NCBI GenBank assembly: GCA_037447605.1
Contig: CM074819.1
Coordinates: forward strand, 124,001 to 188,000
Length of the DNA stretch: 64,000 nucleotides
Source of the DNA: Zygnema circumcarinatum SAG 698-1b
Lineage: Eukaryota > Plantae > Zygnematophyceae
Reading direction: 5' to 3'
The notes beneath the pieces are model-generated. The model searched no databases, had not been told where the DNA came from, and saw only the letters and a list, made by a program, of their open reading frames with translations. Below are positions 63,201 to 64,000 of this stretch, piece after piece; position 1 is the stretch's first letter; each line of letters begins with the position of its first letter. The position numbers and the translations under genes were made by a program.

Positions 63201-64000
63201 CACTTGTCGCTGCCGCTGGCTCGGCTCCTTCATTTGCCGACGTGCTGGCACCCTGCACAGCACCACCCTTCTCTCCAACTGTTTCTCCCTCCTCGTACAC
63301 GATCTCGAGGTCGGTCTTCGACGGAGGTAAGATCTGAGAGTCTGCAACACGCTCAACCACACTATCTTCATCAACTGTAATGTCTCTCGTCTGGAGAACT
63401 TCCTTCAGTCGAGGGTTCCAAACCCTGTAGGTGCGGCTGCTGGTGTTGTAGCCGAGCACGTAGCCCTCCACGGCTCGGGGGTCGAATTTCTTCTTCTGTC
63501 GCGCCTTGGGCAGTGCAGCCCAGCATCGCGCGCCAAAGGTCCTCAGGTGGGAAACTGTGGGCTTCCTCCACTCCAGATCTGCTCAGGGACCTGGTCTTTC
63601 AGAACAGAAGGCGGACATCTGTTATTCCTAATGTAGCGGCCGTGACGCTACTCCCCAAAAAGGAAGCGAGGAAAGGGGAATCAAACCAACATGGTCACGG
63701 CCATGTCCCCCAATGTCCTATTCACACGTTCAGCTGCTCCATTACTCTGTGGGGAATAGGGGGCTGAGAATTCATGCCTTATACCACGGTTCTTCAGAAA
63801 CGCTGCGAATTCCTTCGATTTGAACTCGCCACCATTGTCCGAACGAAAAGCCTTCAGCTTCAGTCCCGTCTCTGTCTCCGCCTGGTTCAGCCAGTCTCGA
63901 AAGGCTCCGAAAGCCTCTGACTTGTTCTTCAGGAGTGTAATCCAAATCTTCCTCGAATAGTCGTCAAGGAAGGTGACGAAGTACCTCGCTCCGCCACTGG
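60282..64000 (-). mobile_element. Ty1/copia family G element G3 inserted in the F integrase, runs off the window
   Basis: 3' LTR 60282-61295, PPT revcomp at 61296, frameshifted RH/RT/INT through 64000; left target ACACA at 60277-60281. Confidence 0.92.

Overview
Eukaryotic, plant-like (streptophyte alga or early land plant, inferred from gene content and introns) scaffold with eight 10-N gaps and patches that look error-rich. 55-24500 is a nest of LTR retrotransposons. Host Ty3/gypsy element A carries a full-length chromovirus (M, minus strand), a second gypsy (B), a copia LTR (G1) and a copia (G2) that itself contains a gypsy (C). Three of the four direct insertions into A (M, B, G1) have readable target-site duplications (TSDs). 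24600-35800 is a mosaic of foldback/MITE-like inverted repeats with a complete copia (D). 36200-49430 is a compact island of three spliced host genes: a plastid DUF21/CBS (CNNM/CorB-type) protein, a CDP-alcohol phosphatidyltransferase and VIP3/SKI8. 49600-64000 holds MITEs, a different gypsy lineage (E, 4-bp TSD) and two nested copias (F, G3). The most unusual signal is in the A/B/C/M gypsy family: after a conserved -1 frameshift signal and before the protease it encodes an extra ~150-aa domain that resembles a degenerate DNA N6-adenine methyltransferase. Unrelated TE families here also share dense CCGTAC and GTCACGTCAC motif clusters.
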